The position numbers were made by a program, and so were the translations under genes. Of a DNA stretch of 64,000 nt, positions 25,477 to 40,076 are shown piece after piece. The stretch spans positions 494,416 to 558,415 of the forward strand of contig NIVC01000513.1 in the NCBI GenBank assembly GCA_002269645.1, written 5' to 3'. Under the pieces are notes generated by a model, which had not been told where the DNA came from, ran no database searches, and was given only the letters and a program-made list of their open reading frames with translations. The stretch comes from Macrostomum lignano (lineage: Eukaryota). The stretch's first letter is position 1. Every line of letters starts with the position of its first letter.

Positions 25477-25566
25477 TGCTGTTTTACACAAGACAATGCT
25501 TTACTAAGGTGCACCTGCTTCCCACTCAGGCTGAAAATGCCTCTGGGCCTTTCTCAGCTTTGCCAG
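25477..25566 (+). CDS. Candidate 90-nt in-frame cassette exon (CCFTQDNALLRCTCFPLRLKMPLGLSQLCQ)
   Basis: cttttctgtctttccgcttgccttag acceptor, CAG|gtatga donor, phase 0-0, no stop. Confidence 0.35.
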
Positions 25567-26027
25567 GTATGAGAAACGCTTTTCTTCAAAGTCACGCTCA
25601 AATGGTCCATGCGAACTCCAACTAGCCGTATTATTTGTCTATGCAGTGCCCGAGCACTTCTACAGCCTGCTCATTTTTCAAACCCTCCGTCTACCCTCTC
25701 TGACAGTGCGACGACTAAGTTAAAACGCTTTTCTTCCTTTACTCAGACAGTGAAATATGGAAACTGCTTTATTAGATCGGGTTGAAGAGAATTGGCTTTT
25801 CCCCCAGGGCAAATTACAGTGTTGGTTGGCTCTGTATCACCCAGTTCTAACATTCTCTGGATTGTCTCCATATGCTTTTATTAGTCGCCGAGTAGAACAG
25901 TTTTAGGAAGAGAAAATATTTTATCGATTTTCCCCCTGTGCGCTTCGACATTGAAGCTGTCAATAAGAATTAGAAATGTAATTTCCTCTGCAATGCAAAG
26001 CTTTCCCCGCACAGCGGAGAAATCCAG

Positions 26028-27569
<1,542 letters not shown>

Positions 27570-28325
27570 ATGTGCGCAATTTGCTTGCATGCAGTGTCAA
27601 TTAGAACTGATTCGGCCAGATTACACACTCAACTGTGCCCTCACAAGCAAAATCGCAAAGTTAAGCTAATAGAGTAAGCCGGGTCAAGAGGGCTATGTGA
27701 GAAATTTAGAGAAAGCCGACTCAAAACTATGAGAAGATTGTTGTGCACACCGAGTTTGGCTGAGTTGGTAAAAAGGAATTTTTCGCTCTTCCAATGGTTA
27801 GAAATGAAATTAGCTGGATGGCCATGTTTGCCAAGGCAGGGCTTGGGGCCTCCTGCGTACAGCCGTCTCTCTACTAGACGCATGGTAGGGCCAGAGAGAG
27901 CTCTGCCAGTCTCGAACAATGGATGGAGGCCTGGTGAGAGATGAATTGTGTTTGAGAACATTGTGAAGAGACTGGCTAGGAAAGACGGTCGTTGAGTAGT
28001 GCCCCCTGGCTAGCTCTGAAGGGGCGATGAGGCGGTTGTCGCAGCTGTTCTCAGGTACAAATGGTTTTGCAGAATTCGCCGCGAGCCAAAAATCTTTCTC
28101 AAGAGAGGCCAGTAGCCCTTATTTTCTTGAAATAAAGGCGTTTTATTATTAGCATGAAGTCGAGAGGAAGCTGAGCGGCCCATAGACACTTTCCCAGCGC
28201 TTTAGATTTGTAAGATTTTTACAAATGCTGCTTATATTTTTATTAATAACTTGATGATGTAGTTGAAGAGTAAGTTACTGAGTTATCCATAATTATCATT
28301 ATTTCTTCCATCGAATTTCGCGCAG

Positions 28326-28513
28326 CTATCCGAGGTCCTTCCTGACCAAGCAGCCGCCGGTGCAGCGACCGTCACAAGCGACGTCGCAGTTCGAGACTAC
28401 CTGCTCGACTGGTGCAGCAAGTCTCTGAGCGACTACCCCGACCTGCGGCTGGACAATTTCTCAGCCTGCTGGTCGGACGGGAGAGCGTTTCTCTACTTAA
28501 TTCATCGGTTCAG
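28326..28513 (+). CDS. Spectraplakin CH2 exon a
   Basis: cgcag|LSEVLP...YLLDWC...DNFSACWSDGRAFLYLIHRF-R|gtgagt; 188 nt. Confidence 0.94.
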
Positions 28514-29022
28514 GTGAGTCGTGAATAGGTTTACACGACCAGGTGAGCTTTACGTACAGCTCTATTATCGATAACGCTTGAGTGCAGGTTGGGTGTGTGC
28601 TAATTCTAGTGCCTGTAAAATAATTACAATTAGTTTTCATTTGGCGCAATATTATTTTTACAATAATATCTTTTTATTTCCATCTGTAGAATTGTAGAAT
28701 ATAATATCCTGGAAAAAGTCAATTTTAGAGGACATCCAATGTCAGTAATTAAGCACACCGATACGTAAGCGGGCACACGCTCCTACAGGGTGTACAGCGG
28801 GTCTTGACTTTCTCAGATTGTCAGGGCATGTACGCACTCACCGCCTTATTAGGGAAGGCCCTAGGAAGGCTAATTTTCGCGCGCTCGAACCCCAAACTGG
28901 TGTGACCCAGATAATCAGGTTCATTAGCGCGAAAGTCGGACGAGTTACAGCTGAGCTACTTAGGCTCCCCATCAGCATCCGCTTACCATCGAATCAACCA
29001 CAGTTGCACTTCTCACTCCCAG

Positions 29023-30514
29023 GCCGAACCTGGTGGATCCCAGCCGCATCCCAGCCATGTCAGCTGAGGAGCGGCTCAGGCTCGCATTCGCGCTCAACGA
29101 GCGGCACCTGGGCGTGAGCAGCCTGCTCGACCCGGAGGATGTCAACATGCCAGAGCCGGACGAGCGCAGCCTCATCACCTATGTGTCCTCCATTTACGAC
29201 GTAGTGGCGGAGCACAGGACGCCTCAGCAGCGGCAGCGACAGCCGCTCGGCGCTGCGAGCGGCGCATCGATAGGCGACAGCAGCTGGGAGGAGTACCGGC
29301 GCAGCGCGCTGGAGCTGCTTACCTGGCTGCGCCAGTCAACCTCGTCTGCCGATTTAGTCGGCCGCGACCTGACCAGCGGCTTGTCGCAGATGCGAGCCAT
29401 CGCCGAACGCTTTGAGGCGCAGCACAGAGCCGACGCCGAGCAGCGGATGGCTCAGAAGTCTGCTCTGGTTCGTCGCTACGACGAGCTTCTATCAGGCGTC
29501 GGCAATGTCGGCAGCGTCCGCATCGAGCCGGAGCTTCGCCCGGACCAGCTGGAGCGCGCCTGGGAGCGCTACAACCTGGCGGTGAACGAACGCGAGCGAG
29601 CGCTGCAGCAGCGAATCGCCAAACTCGAGCGGCTCTACAAGCTCGGCGACAGCGTCCGCAACGAGGCCTCAGAAGCGGAAGCTCAGGTCCGGGCGATCGC
29701 GTCGGAGCTGCAAAGCCTGTCGCCAGACGCACATCCGATGGACGCCGAGAGGGCTCTCCGCGGCTTGACTTCCGGCCTGTCCGAGGTCGGTCAGCGCGTT
29801 GACAAACTGTTCAACCAGGTGCAGGAGCTGCGCGAAGAGCAGTACAGCCAGGCTGAGCACCTGTACCACCGCCTGTGCAGCCTGCACCTGTCTTACTTGG
29901 ACCTGAACCGCCAGGTGGACTCGGCATCCGCGAAGCGGGCCAGCCGGGCCGGGTCCAGCACCAGCCAGCAGTTCCGCCGGCACGCTGAGCAGCTGCTGCA
30001 GCAGGGCTCGACCTCAGCCGGAGGAGTCGGCAGCGGATTCTACGACGAGGTGGCGAGCGTCAGCCAGGCGTTCTCCTCGTCGCCGGCCTACGCGGACCTC
30101 CGCCGCTGCATGGCGTGGATTCGTCAGCGGGAGGAGCAGCTGCGCAGATCGCAGCAGCCGCCAGCTGGCGCGGACGTTGCCGCGGTGCACGACATCGCCG
30201 AGCTGCTTCGTCGACTAAGCGCTTCGGTTATTCAGCAGCGCGCGCAAATTGACGCCTGCGAAAGCGCTCGGGCCGGCCTGTCGGCTGGCGAGGAGCGCGA
30301 GACCTTTGACCGACTGCTGGGCGAGCTGGACGCGGCCTACAGGGCGCTGTTGCAGGCGGCCAACCGGAGGCTGGCCGAGACCGAAGAGCTGCTGGCCTTC
30401 ATGGAGAGCGCCGAGGCCGAAGTGGCCTGGCTGGCCGAAAAGGAGTCCGAAGTCCTTGGACACGATTGGGGCTCGTCTGGATTGGACACCGACGATGTGG
30501 AGATCTACTTTAAG
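29023..30514 (+). CDS. Spectraplakin CH2 end and plakin-domain spectrin repeats
   Basis: cccag|G CCG AAC; LLDPEDVNMPEPDERSLITYVSSIYD; ..WLAEKESEVLGHDW..; AAG|gtagga. Confidence 0.95.
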
Positions 30515-31074
30515 GTAGGAAATTGGAAAAATTTTAGCATTAAAATGGTTTTTATCGATGAGCATTTTAACTCCGATTGCTATGAAGTACATGGCCTCGC
30601 TTTGCATGCGGAAACTCTATTATAACAAAATATCTGGAATTAAGAACTCGGAAACCCTTCAAAAGATAGTTCAATTGTTTTTTAAATGGTTTTATCTTTC
30701 ATTCTAGAGCTGCTACAATCGATTACAGGTATATTATATTATATAAAACATCCGGTTTGTTTATGTTTAAAAATGTGCTTTTCGAATACAGTGTCGTGTT
30801 GTAGAGCAGTATTTCCACACTGTATATCCAGCTGTGTTAGACTCTTGATTTTTTCACTTACAATCACTTTAAATTTTGTCTCGTGTGCACTTTATCACTG
30901 TTTCACAGGCTTTTGGTGTTAGACTCAAAGTTAGATTCCATATATTACCACAGGAATTTTGTGTTGTACTCTTATTGTACTGCTCACTCACACGTGTCCC
31001 TCTCTGGTAGTCGGTGCACTTTGATGTGAATAAAGTTATTGAGACGATGGTAGTTTTGCCTTTCTGTCACCTTT

Positions 31075-31975
31075 ACAGACAAGGTTTTCGATCTGTTTTC
31101 ACCTGTTCAAGACAGGGTTGATCACCTGTTAAAAACAAGACTGATTCCTTGTTAAATACAGGGTTTATCCTATTAAAGACAGGGTTGTCACCTTTTGTAA
31201 ACAAGACTGATTCCTTGTTAAATACAGGGTTTATCCTATTAAAGACAGGGTTGTCACCTTTTGTAAACAAGACTGATTCCTTGTTAAATACAGGGTTTAT
31301 CCTATTAAAGACAGGGTTGTCACCTTTTGTAAACAAGACTGATTCCTTGTTAAATACAGGGTTTATCCTATTAAAGACAGGGTTGTCACCTTTTGAAGAC
31401 AAGGTTGATCGTTTAATAAAGACAGTGTTAATACTATTAAAGACGGGGTGATCACCTGCTTAATATGGGGTTGATCACCTGTTCAGGACACGGTTGATCA
31501 CCTGTTCAAGATAGAGTTGATCACCTGTTCAAGATAGAGTTGATCACCTGTTCAAGATAGAGTTGATCACCTGTTCAAGATAGAGTTGATCACCTGTTCA
31601 AGATAGAGTTGATCACCTGTTCAAGATAGAGTTGATCACCTGTTCAAGATAGAGTTGATCACCTGTTCAAGATAGTTGATCACCTGTTCAAGATAGAGTT
31701 GATCACCTGTTCAAGATAGAGTTGATCACCTGTTCAAGATAGAGCTGATCACCTGTTCAGGATAGGGTTGGTCACCTGTTCAAGATAGAGTTGATCACCT
31801 GTTCAAGATAGGGTTGATCACCTGTTCAAGATAGGGTTGATCACCTGTTCAAGATGGGTTTGATCATCTGTTTAATACAGGGTTGATCATCTGTTTAATA
31901 TGGGGTTGATCACCTGCTTAATATGGGGTTGATCACCTGCTTAATATGGGGTTGATCACCTGTTGTCAAAACTTG
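31075..31975. repeat. Composite minisatellite: 66-bp higher-order unit (about 4 copies), then a 23-bp unit (gatcacctgttcaagatagagtt)
   Basis: ctgattcc recurs at 31141 and 31207 (66 bp); the 23-bp period runs from about 31480. Confidence 0.95.
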
Positions 31976-32062
31976 CAACTCGATAGGCTGAGTTTCCTAC
32001 CTGTTACGATTCAACCATTATCACTAATAACACCCGACTTCAATGATCGATTTCCCTTGCAG

Positions 32063-32718
32063 AAGCTGATGGAGAGCCTGGAGAGCCGGGAGGATCGCTT
32101 CAATGCCGTCATCAACCAGGGCGCCGAAATGCGCAGGCGCGGTCACCCGGCTGAGGCCACGGTTCACGAGACCGCGGCCAGGATGGAGCAGCAGTGGACT
32201 TGGTTTTTAAGCCTTACCAATTGTTTAGAGCATCACCTGGAGATGGCGGTCCGCTCAGGCCAGTTCTTCGCCATCGCCCAAGAGCTCAACGATTGGACAG
32301 AGCAGGCGCAGCGGCAGCTCAGCTCCGAGTTTCTGCTGTACGAGGAGCAGGGCAGCGAAGAGGGCCAGGCGCTGCTCAGGTCGCTGCGGTCCACCCGCGA
32401 CCAGTTGTTGCAGAAGTCGGCGGAACTCGAACACTTGAACGGCGAGGCGGCACACCTGGCCCCGGTGCCGATCAAACGAAATCAGCGCTATTTATCGATG
32501 ACAGGCTTGGACGGAGCTCGGACTCTGTGCAGCTACCAGCACCTGGCCCAGGGCGAGCCGCTGGTGCTGCTGGACTCCAGCGGACCGAAGTGTCTGGCCA
32601 GGCCGCGCGAGGGTCCGCCAGTCTGGCTGCCGGCGCTGTGTGTTCGGCTGTCCGGCCCGTGCCCCGAGGCCTGCGACGCTGCCAAAAAGTTGAGCCTCAA
32701 GTTTCAGCATCTGGAAAA
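32063..32718 (+). CDS. Plakin domain exon including the SH3 insertion
   Basis: KLMESLESRE...G..M...GHPA...W.WFL.L..CLE.HL; SH3-like RTLCSY...VWLPALCVRLSGPCPEA; AA|gtgagc. Confidence 0.93.
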
Positions 32719-32928
32719 GTGAGCTTCCTTTTCATCGTACTGTTTATTTGCATGGTTGAGTGTAGTTAACTGGTACTAGAATGAAATAGAGACTTTATTA
32801 CGGTAAAGTATGGCGTTGGAACCGCAGAGGGTCGAGCTTGGATCCACATGGTGTTGGGACACAGCGAATTTTCTAGGAAGCAACCTACTGAATCATACCA
32901 TGTATAAAACCAATGAAAAAAACCACAG

Positions 32929-33217
32929 ACTACTGCAACACCGCGAGCTCCGCCTCCGAGAGCAGCTGGTCCGATCGAGCATGACCACCCTGCTCCAGCA
33001 GTCCCAGGAAGAGCTCGCCTCGCTATCGCTGGAGCACCGGCGGGCAGTTCTGGACTCGCTGAACCAAGACGCGGGCAAACTACTGCTCGACATGAAGGTT
33101 GCCGGCATCGCTCCGCTTGATAGTCAAACTTTCCACGCCGACCTCGACGCCTGCAACGACGCGTTCTTCCGGTTGGCTCGCGGCGCCGGAAGATTCGCCG
33201 ACTCGGGACGATTGCAG
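32929..33217 (+). CDS. Plakin domain exon
   Basis: ccacag|A CTA CTG ... CAG|gtgagc; 289 nt, phase 2 to 0. Confidence 0.85.
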
Positions 33218-33477
33218 GTGAGCGACTATTGCACTCTGTCCGATTTAAATAACGTTCTATATCTCCGTAAGATATTCTTACACCCTTAGTGACAGGTGTC
33301 AAGTGATTGTGTTACATGTAGACCACTAACTGGTTACTGATTTGGATAAATACAATATTTTTATGAATTTGAGAGACTGACTGACTGGGTGATACACGTA
33401 GTTACTCACAAGAACTTTTAAAATACTTAGCCCAAGCTCTAAATAGAGTATCTATATGCCTACGTACACACTCGCAG

Positions 33478-33888
33478 GAGGAGCTAGAACTTTTGGACTC
33501 TAAATTGGCCAATTTTGAGACACGGATGCTCGCTCTGACTTCTGCTGGCGGTCCGAACGATCTCGCTTCGCTAGAGGCGGCCGTGACTGAGCAGGACTCG
33601 CTGGAGTCCAAGCTGAGTGGCCTGGAATGGGAGATGAACTACCTGAGACAGAGGCTGCAACAGGAGCTCGGTGTTGTCCCGGACTCCTTTCAGCTGCTCG
33701 AGAGACGGCGAGGCAGTGTGTGGGATGTCGCCCAGGAGCAAGTCAGACGTCTCCAGGCGGCTAGGGACTTTTTCGCTCAGCTGGAGAGCGTCGCCTCGAG
33801 CCTGACTCGGGTGGAGGAGCTGCTGGCTGAGAGTCGAGTCTTTCCAGTTCGAGAGTCCGAACTGCAGAGGCACCTGGCGAGTCTGAAG
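33478..33888 (+). CDS. Plakin/spectrin-repeat exon
   Basis: tcgcag|EELELLDSKL ... LK|gtaagt; 411 nt. Confidence 0.87.
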
Positions 33889-34026
33889 GTAAGTAGTGCT
33901 GCTTCTGGCGTATGGACGGTTAGCTTTGTTGGAGTCTTTCTCTTCTATCTGTCTATCCATATTTCTATAATTCTACACTATTAATTCTAGACTATAATTC
34001 GTCTCCTTCTTTCCTCATAACCGTAG

Positions 34027-37000
34027 AACGTTCAGCAGCTTCTAGAATCGGCCAAGTCGGATCTGGAGCAAGCCGAGGCCGCTGCTCAGCTGAGCAAGCT
34101 GACCCGACCCGCCGCAGAGAGATGGCGCCGACTCAGCGACGTTGCGGAGCAGCGGCTCGCCCTGCTGGACCATTGCGCCGGCCAGTTCGACGCCTACATG
34201 CGCCTGGCGAAGCAGTTCTCCGTGTGGCTGGCCGGCTGTCACCGCCGCTTGCAGTCAGCGCCGTCCGCGGACGCCAACGCGATCGTGGAAGTCGGCAGAT
34301 CGGCCGAGCAGGCGGGCGCGGATCTTGCCGGACTCAACGCGACTGGCACAGAGTTGATCGAAGTGGCTCGAACCTACGACTTTGCTGGCAGAGGCGGCAG
34401 CGGCAGCTCCGGCAGCGAAGGTGGCGCCGAGCAGCTCCAGGAGGAGCTTGCTAGACTCAACGGAGATTTTCAAAAGCTGGTCGCTTTGCTTGAGCACCGG
34501 CAGCAGGTATTGCAAGCGTCCAAGCATGAGAGCTTAAGCCTAGCTAACGCCAGTTTAAACAACAGCAACGTCGGCAGTAGCGGTGGAAGCGAAAGCGACT
34601 ACCAGCAGTTGCTGCCTAAGCGTGCAATTCTAACTAACACTCCTAGTCCAGTGCTTGATGTGCCTAACCATTTTGCTGTTGCTTCTCCAATCAGACATAA
34701 TCGCGACGGCTGGTCCGTTGCTGATTTCACTGCAGCTGATGAGGCAGTTCAGGAGGCCGGCACTAGCGTTCTAGTCAGCAGTGAGAGAGCGCTTCCGCTA
34801 ACCCAGTTGCGCAGCCCAGTGCAGCTCACGGCGAGTACGACTGTTTCTCCGGTTTCTATGGCGACTGTACAGGCAGCCCCGGCCCTGGTCTCGCGCAGAT
34901 CCGGCCCAATCGATCGGAGCAACTTGGCTGGCGGGGAAGATCCGATTAAGCTCCCCCGGTCAGAGGAGCAGCACTCACTCGCGGAGTGGGGGCTGGGCGG
35001 CGCAGGGACAGCAACTGTCCCTATAAGCCAAGGTAGCAAATCGATTGCCAGGCCAGGGGAACTTTCGCGGCAGCCGAGAGAGACCAGCCCGCAACAGGGA
35101 CAATCCCAAGCTGCAGCAATGGCGGCTGCACTTGCAGAGCAGCAGCAGCAGCAATCACAGCACAGAAAACGTCGACTCACCAATGAAGACAAAGACGAAA
35201 GCGAAGAGACACTGCGAAAGCAGACACAGAAAGAGCAGCAGCAGAAACAAGGGCAGCAAATGAAAGCTTTGCGCATCGACACATCTCCTGAAGCTACTTC
35301 AATTTCGGCTGCTGCTTCAAGACCGGCTGCAACTGCGCCAACGCTGAACGAACTGCTTACTCGAGGCCTCGTCGACGAGACCTCTGGACTGCTGGTGCTC
35401 CCGCTTCCCGGTGCGCCATTCACAATTGCTGAGGCGCTGAACCGGGGTCTCATTGACGCCCAGTTGTCGACCATAGTCGACCCCGACACTGGCGCTCAGG
35501 TGCCACTGAACCGAGCTATTGCCACCGGTCTGCTGAATCCCGAATCCGGCAGCGTGAGGTGTCGCAGCAGCGGACAAAATTTAACCTTTGCCGACGCTGT
35601 TTTAGAGGGCCTGCTGCCTGAGGAAACCCCGATGGCTGCCGACCACATGACATTTGAAGAGGCGCTCAGTCGAGGATTCGTCGATTACAAGCGCAACGCT
35701 GTGGAACTGCCCGGACGTCCGTCGGTGCCGATTGATCGAGCGATTGCGTCTGGGTGGCTGGATCCGCCTCAGTCGGTGACGAGCGTGCGCAGCAAGGAGC
35801 GACGTACGCCGACATCGCTAACTGGTGGTAGCGCGCGGTCAGCGACGGGTTCCAAGCATAACGCAGACACCGCCAGCGAGGGCAGCGAATTGACAGACGT
35901 TACACAGCTGCCCGTAACTGCTCAGGCCTCAGGAGGACCGTTTCTCGACTCGCCGGCGGCTTCGTCATCGGCGGTAACGTCTGCGGCCGGATCAGAGCTT
36001 TCGGTGCTTGCCAGCACTTTGCTTGCTAGGCGTACAGCCGCGCCAGCTGCCTCTGCAGCACCCGAAACAGATCCAATCTATTCGAATCTCTCTGGCTCAA
36101 AGACTCAGTCTAGTCAGCCGCAGGTGCAGAAACAGCAACAGAAACAACAACAGACAGATAAGCCGTCCAGTTCGAGCAGAACAAACGGAGCCAAGAACAA
36201 AGAAGGAGACGATGGCCGGCCGTCAGGTCGTCAGCTAAGCGATATCAGCAGCGTCAGCGGCGCCGGTGGCGCACTGGAGAGAAACTGCGTGCTGGACATG
36301 CTCTGCCTGAAGCACGGCAACACAAAAATGCAAGGACGCGTGACCAACCAGATGCTGGTTAGCGGAGAAGTGGATCTCGAATCCGGGACTCTGAAAGACC
36401 CGGAAAGCCTGCAGCGCATCACTATTGTCGAGGCTATTAGAAAGAGAAGCGCCTACGCCACTGTCGTGACTGTCGGTCGCGGAAAAATGTACGTGGAACA
36501 GTACGACAGTAGGCACCACATGCACGAGATTCAGGGTGTGTACGACTCGTACAACAAGACCCGAGTGTCCGTATTTGAAGCACTGGAGCGCGGTCTGATT
36601 GATCCGGTGCGAGCGACTTACTTGGATACGAAAACTGGCGATGTGTCCATTCTGACGGATGCCATGCGCGAGGGCCAGGTGCAGACAATACCACTGTCTC
36701 GAGCTCCTAGCAGCCTGACGCACCCGTTCGACAACTACCACGCCAGAACTGTGGAGGAAGAACTGACGCTTGAGGCGCCTCGCAAGCTGCCGAAGGATGT
36801 TCGCGATTCCGTCAGAGAACCTTTGCATCAGGCGGCGCGTTCGTTGCCAAAGCAGCAGGAGCAGCTTACGGCAGAGCTTCTAGGAGCCGATAGAGCGGCC
36901 GTGCCCGCACTGGACCATCCCGGCGGCGTGCTGGCGGACGCGTCGAGTCAACCGCAACGATTTCGCTTGCGTTCGGGCTACGAGCTGACAGCCACCGGCC

Positions 37001-37119
37001 AGGTCAAGGATCCGAGCGGCGCTCTCATCTCGTTGGAGACCGCCGAGAAGATGGGCATCCTGACTGTGGCCGACGCGGCAGCCGCTGCCACTTTAGCTGG
37101 CGGCGATCCGATGTCGCAG
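34027..37119 (+). CDS. Exon with spectrin-like helices, low-complexity linkers and plectin-repeat clusters (1031 codons)
   Basis: ccgtag|NVQQLL ... PMSQ|gtatgg; motifs such as FTIAEALNRGLID..STIVDPDTG..VPL..AI..GLLNPESG and RVSVFEALERGLID. Confidence 0.9.
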
Positions 37120-37685
37120 GTATGGCGCGCAGTCTCGGCTGGTTGCAGCCTGGTTCTCTGGTTGCAGCCGTTTCTGTGGCCGGAGACGGGCTGACCATTG
37201 AATTAGGACTATTTTCCTGAGATCAGAAGCTTTTCGTTTGCTTTTCATAATCTGAGTGTGTTTGTCTAACTGTAGCATTTGCCGCTAATGTACAGAATAC
37301 TGCCAGTAGTTAAAAGCATAACATCCTTCGTAGCCACTATAAATGCAATAAGGTTCACTCTAGGAAACTTTCGGTTAGTTAATTTACCTTAGTGTCAGGT
37401 ATTACACTCTTATAAGTCATTGGCGAGAAGTTTCAACAATCAGCAGTTCAGCAGAGTCAGAGTAAGTTGTCGCAAAAGCTCAGGTTTTGGCAACTGTTTT
37501 CTTTCGTCGCATATTCAGTAGTCTTCTTATTGGGATATTGGCTTTACTCGTGGTCGCTGGTTCATATTTACACTTTGTAAAGTTTTACGCATGTCCGGTG
37601 TTTCCTGGGCTTTTTTCATCCGCTGCCAATACCCTGTTTAGTGTTCATATCTCCTCACTTCTCTCTTCGCACCCAACGGTTTCAG

Positions 37686-40076
37686 GCTTCGAACCCGGCT
37701 GCTTCCTCGCAGCAGTCATCCTCCTCGCAGACTTTCGGTGATGGTTTTCCTCAGCCCGATTCTGTCCCCCCTGCCCGCCCCGAGCAGCTCTGTCATATGC
37801 CTGCTTCTTTGCCTGAGGCGATTCAACCAGGAGATACCGATGATGAGCTGCTGCAGCGTCAGGCGCAGCAGGCGCAACAAGATCAGCCGATCAGCTCAGT
37901 ACGGATGGCCCGAGCAGGCGCCGACGCCTTCATGCAGCCAACCGGATCGGCGCCGCAGAACAAGTTTGGCGACAGGCGACTGGGAAACCGGTACGAACAG
38001 CAGGGCGAGGATGTGCCAATGGACGAGGAAGAGCAAATCAACGCTTTGCATGCGCTGGCCGACGAATTGGCAATGAGCAGCAGCCAGGAGGATGTTAGCC
38101 GACCGGCAAATCATCAAAATGATTTCTCGCATCCTGCCAATTCTAGTCACCTTGGCGATCCTGATAAACAAGAGAACTTTGCTAGCCAAGTTCATCGGAC
38201 TCGTGCTGGAGATTTGGTTTATCAAGTGGATCCTTCTCAATCAGGAATGTCTACTCAGCAAGTGGATCCTGCTCAATCAGGAATGTCTACTCAGCAAGTT
38301 GATCCTTCTCAACCAGGAATGTCTACTCAGCAAGTGGATCCTGCTCAATCAGGAATGTCTACTCAGCAAGTGGATCCTTCTCAACCAGGAATGTCTACTC
38401 AGCAAGTGGATCCTTCTCAATCAGGAATGTCTACTCAGCAAGTTGATCCTGCTCAATCAGGAATGTCTACTCAGCAAGTTGATCCTGCTCAACCAGGAAT
38501 GTCTACTCAGCAAGTGGATCCTTCTCAATCAGGAATGTCTACTCAGCAAGTGGATCCTTCTCAATCAGGAATGTCTACTCAGCAAGTGGATCCTGCTCAA
38601 CCAGGAATGTCTACTCAGCAAGTTGATCCTTCTCGATCAGCAGTGCCTACTCAGCAAGTGGATCCTGCTCAACCAGGAATGTCTACTCAGCAAGTTGATC
38701 CTTCTCAACCAGGAATGTCTACTCAGCAAGTGGATCCTGCTCAATCAGGAATGTCTACTCAGCAAGTGGATCCTGCTCAATCAGGAATGTCTACTCAGCA
38801 AGTTGATCCTGCTCAACCAGGAATGTCTACTCAGCAAGTGGATCCTTCTCAATCAGGAATGTCTACTCAGCAAGTTGATCCTGCTCAACCAGGAATGTCT
38901 ACTCAGCAAGTTGATCCTGCTCAATCAGGAATGTCTACTCAGCAAGTGGATCCTTCTCAATCAGGAATGTCTACTCAGCAAGTTGATCCTGCTCAACCAG
39001 GAATGTCTACTCAGCAAGTGGATCCTTCTCAATCAGGAATGTCTACTCAGCAAGTGGATCCTGCTCAACCAGGAATGTCTACTCAGCAAGTTGATCCTTC
39101 TCAACCAGGAATGTCTACTCAGCAAGTGGATCCTGCTCAATCAGGAATGTCTACTCAGCAAGTTGATCCTGCTCAACCAGGAATGTCTACTCAGCAAGTG
39201 GATCCTGCTCAACCAGGAATGTCTACTCAGCAAGTTGATCCTGCTCAACCAGGAATGTCTACTCAGCAAGTTGATCCTTCTCGATCAGCAGTGCCTACTC
39301 AGCAAATGGACCCTACACAGACCGGAGACTTTAATCGCCAAACTTATCCAAGTAGCTCCGGTGACAATGAAAAGGAGGCCGATTTCCACCACGGATACGA
39401 CACCAGCCTGCCCAACCAAGCGGCCGGTCGCCTGCAACCCCAGTGGTCGTCTTCAAAGCGCCCAACGGCGCTGCAACTGGCCATGGAAGGCGCCTACAAT
39501 CCAGAGCTGCTCTGCTGCTACCGGCCAGACACCCTGGAACCCGTCAGCTTGGCTCGAGCGATACGTGAGGATTTTCTCAGCCATCAAGGCACGAAATTGG
39601 CGATAAAGAGCGAAGGCGAACAGGCTCCTACCGAAATTAGTCTGGAACAGGCATTCGAGCTGGGAATTCTTAACCGCAATGAACTCGACGAAGACCGTTT
39701 GACCGAGTGTCTCGCCAACGGTACTCTCCGAGTCCTCAGTGCACCCTATGCCGGCTGCCTCTACTTGCGCCGGCTGGTCCAAGACAACTGGGACCCCGAG
39801 AGACTGCAGTTCAGCGATGGAGACGGTCGAAACGCGACATTTCCTCAAACTGTGGAGTCAGCTATTTTGCACCCGGATCTAGTGCTGGTGCGGGACCTCA
39901 GCGCTGGCGAGTCCGTGTCGCTGGCAACGGCGCTGAATCGCGAACTGGTGAACCCGGTGACTGGAGCGGTGCTCGACACCAACACAGGCTGCTCAGCACC
40001 GCTTGAAGAGGCCGCTAGGATCCGCATCATCTCGGCACCGCACGAGCGGCAGCTGGCGAGATCTATCGACAATCAG
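37686..40076 (+). CDS. Phase-0 exon (797 codons) with 30 copies of a 12-aa repeat plus plectin repeats
   Basis: gtttcag|ASNP ... DNQ|gtaggg; ISLEQAFELGIL, VSLATALNRELVNPVTGAVLDTNTG. Confidence 0.85.
38223..39302 (+). repeat. Coding 36-bp tandem repeat QVDP(S/A)Q(S/P)GMSTQ, 30 copies
   Basis: caagtggatcctgctcaatcaggaatgtctactcag; 1080 bp with no indels. Confidence 0.97.

Noticed and set aside
27729-28054. Another alternative first exon ending at tcag|gtacaa (28054)
   Set aside because: The ATG at 28027 gives phase 1 and the phase-0 frame has a TGA, so it is incompatible with the phase-0 CH2 exon.
38092-39606. 504-aa overlapping ORF (ILLNQECLLSKW repeats)
   Set aside because: Shifted-frame shadow of the 36-bp repeat; the other frame carries the splice phase and the plectin repeats.
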